A stretch of 64,000 bases of DNA from positions 72,421 through 136,420 of the forward strand of contig CAVUOT010000009.1 in assembly GCA_963743185.1 (NCBI GenBank), written 5' to 3'. Shown here one piece after another: positions 61,151-64,000 of the stretch. The position numbers and the translations under genes were made by a program. The stretch's first letter is position 1, and each line of letters begins with the position of its first letter. This DNA is from an uncultured Chloroflexia bacterium. GTDB lineage: Bacteria; Chloroflexota; Dehalococcoidia; DSTF01; JACRBR01. The notes beneath the pieces were generated by a model, which saw only the letters and a list, made by a program, of their open reading frames with translations, was not told the DNA's origin and searched no databases.

Positions 61151-62850
61151 ATGCGCATGTCGCGACTGTTCGGGAAGACGCTGCGGAACGCTCCAGCCGA
61201 GGCGGAGACGGCGAATCATCAGCTGATGCTGCGGGCGGGCCTGGTCCAGCAGCTCGCGGCCGGCATCTACAGCTACCTGCCGGTGGGCTGGCGCGTGATG
61301 CGGAAGATCGAGCAGATCATCCGCGAGGAGATGGACCGCGCCGGCGGGCAGGAAGTCGTGATGCCGGCGCTGCAGCCGGCGGAGCTGTGGGAGGCATCGG
61401 GCCGCGCGCAGACGATGGGCGACGTGCTCTTCCACCTGAAGGACCGCCGCGAGCGCGACTACGTGATCGGCCCGACGCACGAAGAGGTCGTCGTCGACCT
61501 GTTCAAGAAGCAGGTGCAGAGCTACCGCGACATGCCGCTGATGGTCTACCAGATCCAGACGAAGGCGCGTGACGAGGCGCGTCCGCGCGGCGGTCTCATG
61601 CGCGTGCGCGAGTTCACGATGAAGGACGCCTACAGCTTCGACGCGGACTGGGACGCGCTCGACGACAGCTACAAAGCGGCGCGCGCGGCGTACACACGCA
61701 TCTTCGATCGCTGCGGCGTGCCGGCGATCCCGGTCCTCGCCGACTCCGGCGCGATCGGCGGCAAGGACAGCGAGGAGTTCATCTTCCTCACCGAGGTCGG
61801 CGAGGACACGATCCTGCTGTGTCCGGCGTGCGGCTACGCGGCAAACGCGGAGAAGGCCGACCACAAGAAGCACGAGGTCGAGTCGGAGGACCTGCTCCCG
61901 CTCGAAGAGGTCGCGACGCCGGGCCAGAAGACGATCGATGACCTGGTGAGCTTCCTGGGCGTGCCGCACTTCCGCACGCTAAAGGCGGTGTTCTACGAGG
62001 CCGGCGGCGCGCCGGTGTTCGTCGCGATCCGCGGCGACCTGGAGGTGAACGAGGCGAAGCTCCGCAACGCGTTGAAGGCGGTCGAGATCAAGCTGCTGGA
62101 CGACGAGGGCGTGCGCAAAGCACGGGCTCGTCGCCGGCTCGGCGTCCCCGGTTGGGTTGAAGGGCATCAAGATCGTCGCTGACGATACGGCGCTCACGTC
62201 GTACAACCTCGTCGCCGGCGCGAACAAGCCGGACATGCACTACAAGAACGTGAACCACGGTCGCGACTGGACGGCCGACATCGTCACCGACATCTCGCTC
62301 GCGACGGCGGGGGCGGCGTGTTCGCGCTGCGGCGGCACGCTGCGAGACCAAGCGCGGCATGGAGATGGGCCACGTCTTCAAGCTTGGCACGGTGTACACC
62401 GAGCGTCTCGCGGCAACGTACACCGACGAGGCGGGCGATTCGAAGCCGGCGGTGATGGGCTGCTACGGCATCGGCGTGGGGCGCGTGTTCGCGGGCGCGA
62501 TCGAGGCGAACCACGACGAGCGGGGCATCATCTGGCCGCCGGAGCTGACGCCGTACGACGTGCATCTCGTCGGCCTGGGTTTCGACAAGCCCGGTGTGCG
62601 CGAGAGCGCCGAGCAGGTGTACCAGCAGCTCGTCGATGCGGGCATCGACGTGCTGTACGACGACCGCGAAGACGGCTCGGCGGGCGTGAAGTTCAACGAC
62701 GCCGATCTGCTGGGCATGCCGGTGCGCGTCACCGTCAGCCCGCGCAGCATCGAGAACGGCGGCGCCGAGCTGAAGCGCCGGACCGTGAAGGAGTCGGCGA
62801 TAGTGGCGCTCGACGGCGTCGCCGGCGCCGTGCGGCAGCTCGCCGGCTAG
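61151..62850 (+). CDS. proS: proline--tRNA ligase, two apparent frameshifts (about 62110 and about 62345)
   Basis: Class II motifs (FRDMPLMVYQIQTKARDEARPRGGLMRVREFTMKDAYSF), editing/insertion domain (IKIVADDTALTSYNLVAGANKPDMHYKNVN), and anticodon-binding C-terminus (ORF 62359..62850: HVFKLGTVYTE...GCYGIGVGRV). Confidence 0.85.
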
Positions 62851-62892
62851 AACGGCCCTTCTCGCTCGCGCGTGGTGATGTGGAGGTCGAGG

Positions 62893-64000
62893 ATGACGGT
62901 CGCACTACGCTCACTGATTTGCGTTCTGGCGCTGACGTTCGTAGTGATCGTGGGCGCGCCCCGTAGCGGGCCCCTGGATCCCGGCGTGGTCGCTGCCGCC
63001 GACTGTAACAAGGTCGCGGTGCCGGAAACGCTACAGAGCCTCGTCGACAGCGCGGCTGCGGGCGACGTGATCTGCATGGCGCCGGGCGTCTATCGCGGGC
63101 CCGTGACGTTCCAGAACAAGCACGGCGTGACGCTTCGTGGTTCGGGCACACACATAAGCATCGTCGCCGGCGGCGAGAAGGATTCGATGCTGGTGTTCGA
63201 GAGCAGCGATCTGACGTTTGAAGACTTCACGCTGTACTACGGGCACCCGTCGAACGCGTACGTCTCCCACAGCCAGAACATCGCATTCCGACGCATGGAC
63301 GTCGGTGGCGGTGGAATCGGCATCCACTACGACGTCAACAGCATCGGCGTCATCGCCGACTCGTTCGTGTACGCGATGGACGGCGACGGCATCCTCATCC
63401 GCCGCGGATCGAACGCGAGCGTGGAGCGTAACTGGGTGTTCAAGAACGGCGGCGTCGGCGTGTCGACCGTCGGTGAGACGGCGAACACCTCGATCACGCG
63501 CAACATCATCTCCGACAACAAGGGGCCGGGCGTGTTCGCCGGGCAGACACCGTGCGCGCTGCTGCCGCCGGGGTTCGTCGAGGTGCCGAACTGCTACCTG
63601 GTGAACCTGCAGGCGTTCGTAGGGACGGCGAACATCATCCTCGACACCAACCTCATTCAGTCCAGTAACAGCACGGGCATCGTCATGTTCCCGGGGACGC
63701 ACGGCACGTTTCGCAACAACCACATCTGGCGGAACCACCTGAGCGGGCTCTTCGTGTGGGGCGCGCAGATCTCATCGGACAACGACGAGTTCGACGGGAA
63801 CGATGAGCACGCGATCGAGTTCCGGGCGTACCCAGACCCGCTGAAGTACGGACAGGTCGGGCACGACTTCCCGGTGCGAGCGGTCGGCACGATCAACGGC
63901 GCCGACATCCACGATACGGTGGTGCTGCCGGAGAACCGCAGGCTGGGTGGTGGCGTGCTGGCGCAGGGCGCGAACCTGGATGTCTCGAATTCGCACATCC
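62893..64000 (+). CDS. secreted right-handed parallel beta-helix (pectate-lyase-like) repeat protein, 3' end beyond window
   Basis: GGAGGtcgaggATG then MTVALRSLICVLALTFVVIVGAP (signal peptide). Repeated NxxxxN beta-helix rungs follow (ITRNIISDNKGPGVFAG; FRNNHIWRNHLSGLFVWGAQ). Open to the end of the window and absent from the ORF track. Confidence 0.65.
   Translation, partial: MTVALRSLICVLALTFVVIVGAPRSGPLDPGVVAAADCNKVAVPETLQSLVDSAAAGDVICMAPGVYRGPVTFQNKHGVTLRGSGTHISIVAGGEKDSMLVFESSDLTFEDFTLYYGHPSNAYVSHSQNIAFRRMDVGGGGIGIHYDVNSIGVIADSFVYAMDGDGILIRRGSNASVERNWVFKNGGVGVSTVGETANTSITRNIISDNKGPGVFAGQTPCALLPPGFVEVPNCYLVNLQAFVGTANIILDTNLIQSSNSTGIVMFPGTHGTFRNNHIWRNHLSGLFVWGAQISSDNDEFDGNDEHAIEFRAYPDPLKYGQVGHDFPVRAVGTINGADIHDTVVLPENRRLGGGVLAQGANLDVSNSHI

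Overview
High-GC (~68-70%) bacterial chromosomal segment, probably from an actinobacterial or Chloroflexi-like lineage. Supporting hints: three F420-type luciferase-like oxidoreductases, a bS22-type tiny ribosomal protein, a split cytochrome b6/subunit-IV gene pair, and REP/RAYT elements. There are about 65 genes, mostly housekeeping (rpsA, clpC, dnaX-ybaB-recR, pyrE, argH, rpe, thiE, nagB, proS, acnA, hemW, tRNA-Gln) mixed with accessory genes. Roughly 15 conserved genes carry single-base frameshifts, and each one I could localise sits at a short homopolymer. I read these as assembly indels rather than pseudogenes, so several ORF-track ORFs are halves of one gene. The most interesting loci are: (1) an isolated HK97-fold capsid-like gene with a coiled-coil scaffold-like partner at 52.2-53.8 kb, with no other phage genes nearby, flanked by tandem repeats and F420/SDR oxidoreductases (candidate encapsulin-like or domesticated capsid system); (2) a complex-III-like operon at 42.3-46.8 kb with split cytochrome b, a Rieske protein, a monoheme cytochrome c fused to a cupredoxin that carries an 18-nt tandem repeat tail, and two unannotated small proteins; (3) a pyrE leader with a strongly ribosome-bound 13-codon ORF, a PyrR-like hairpin and a terminator; (4) a flotillin-like protein with internal repeats next to a zinc-ribbon membrane protein and a 435-aa unknown; (5) REP arrays with a RAYT transposase, plus recurring short repeat families (AGGTTCY and purine-rich ACAGAGA) in intergenic regions. 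Everything is inferred from sequence and translations only; no database searches were run.
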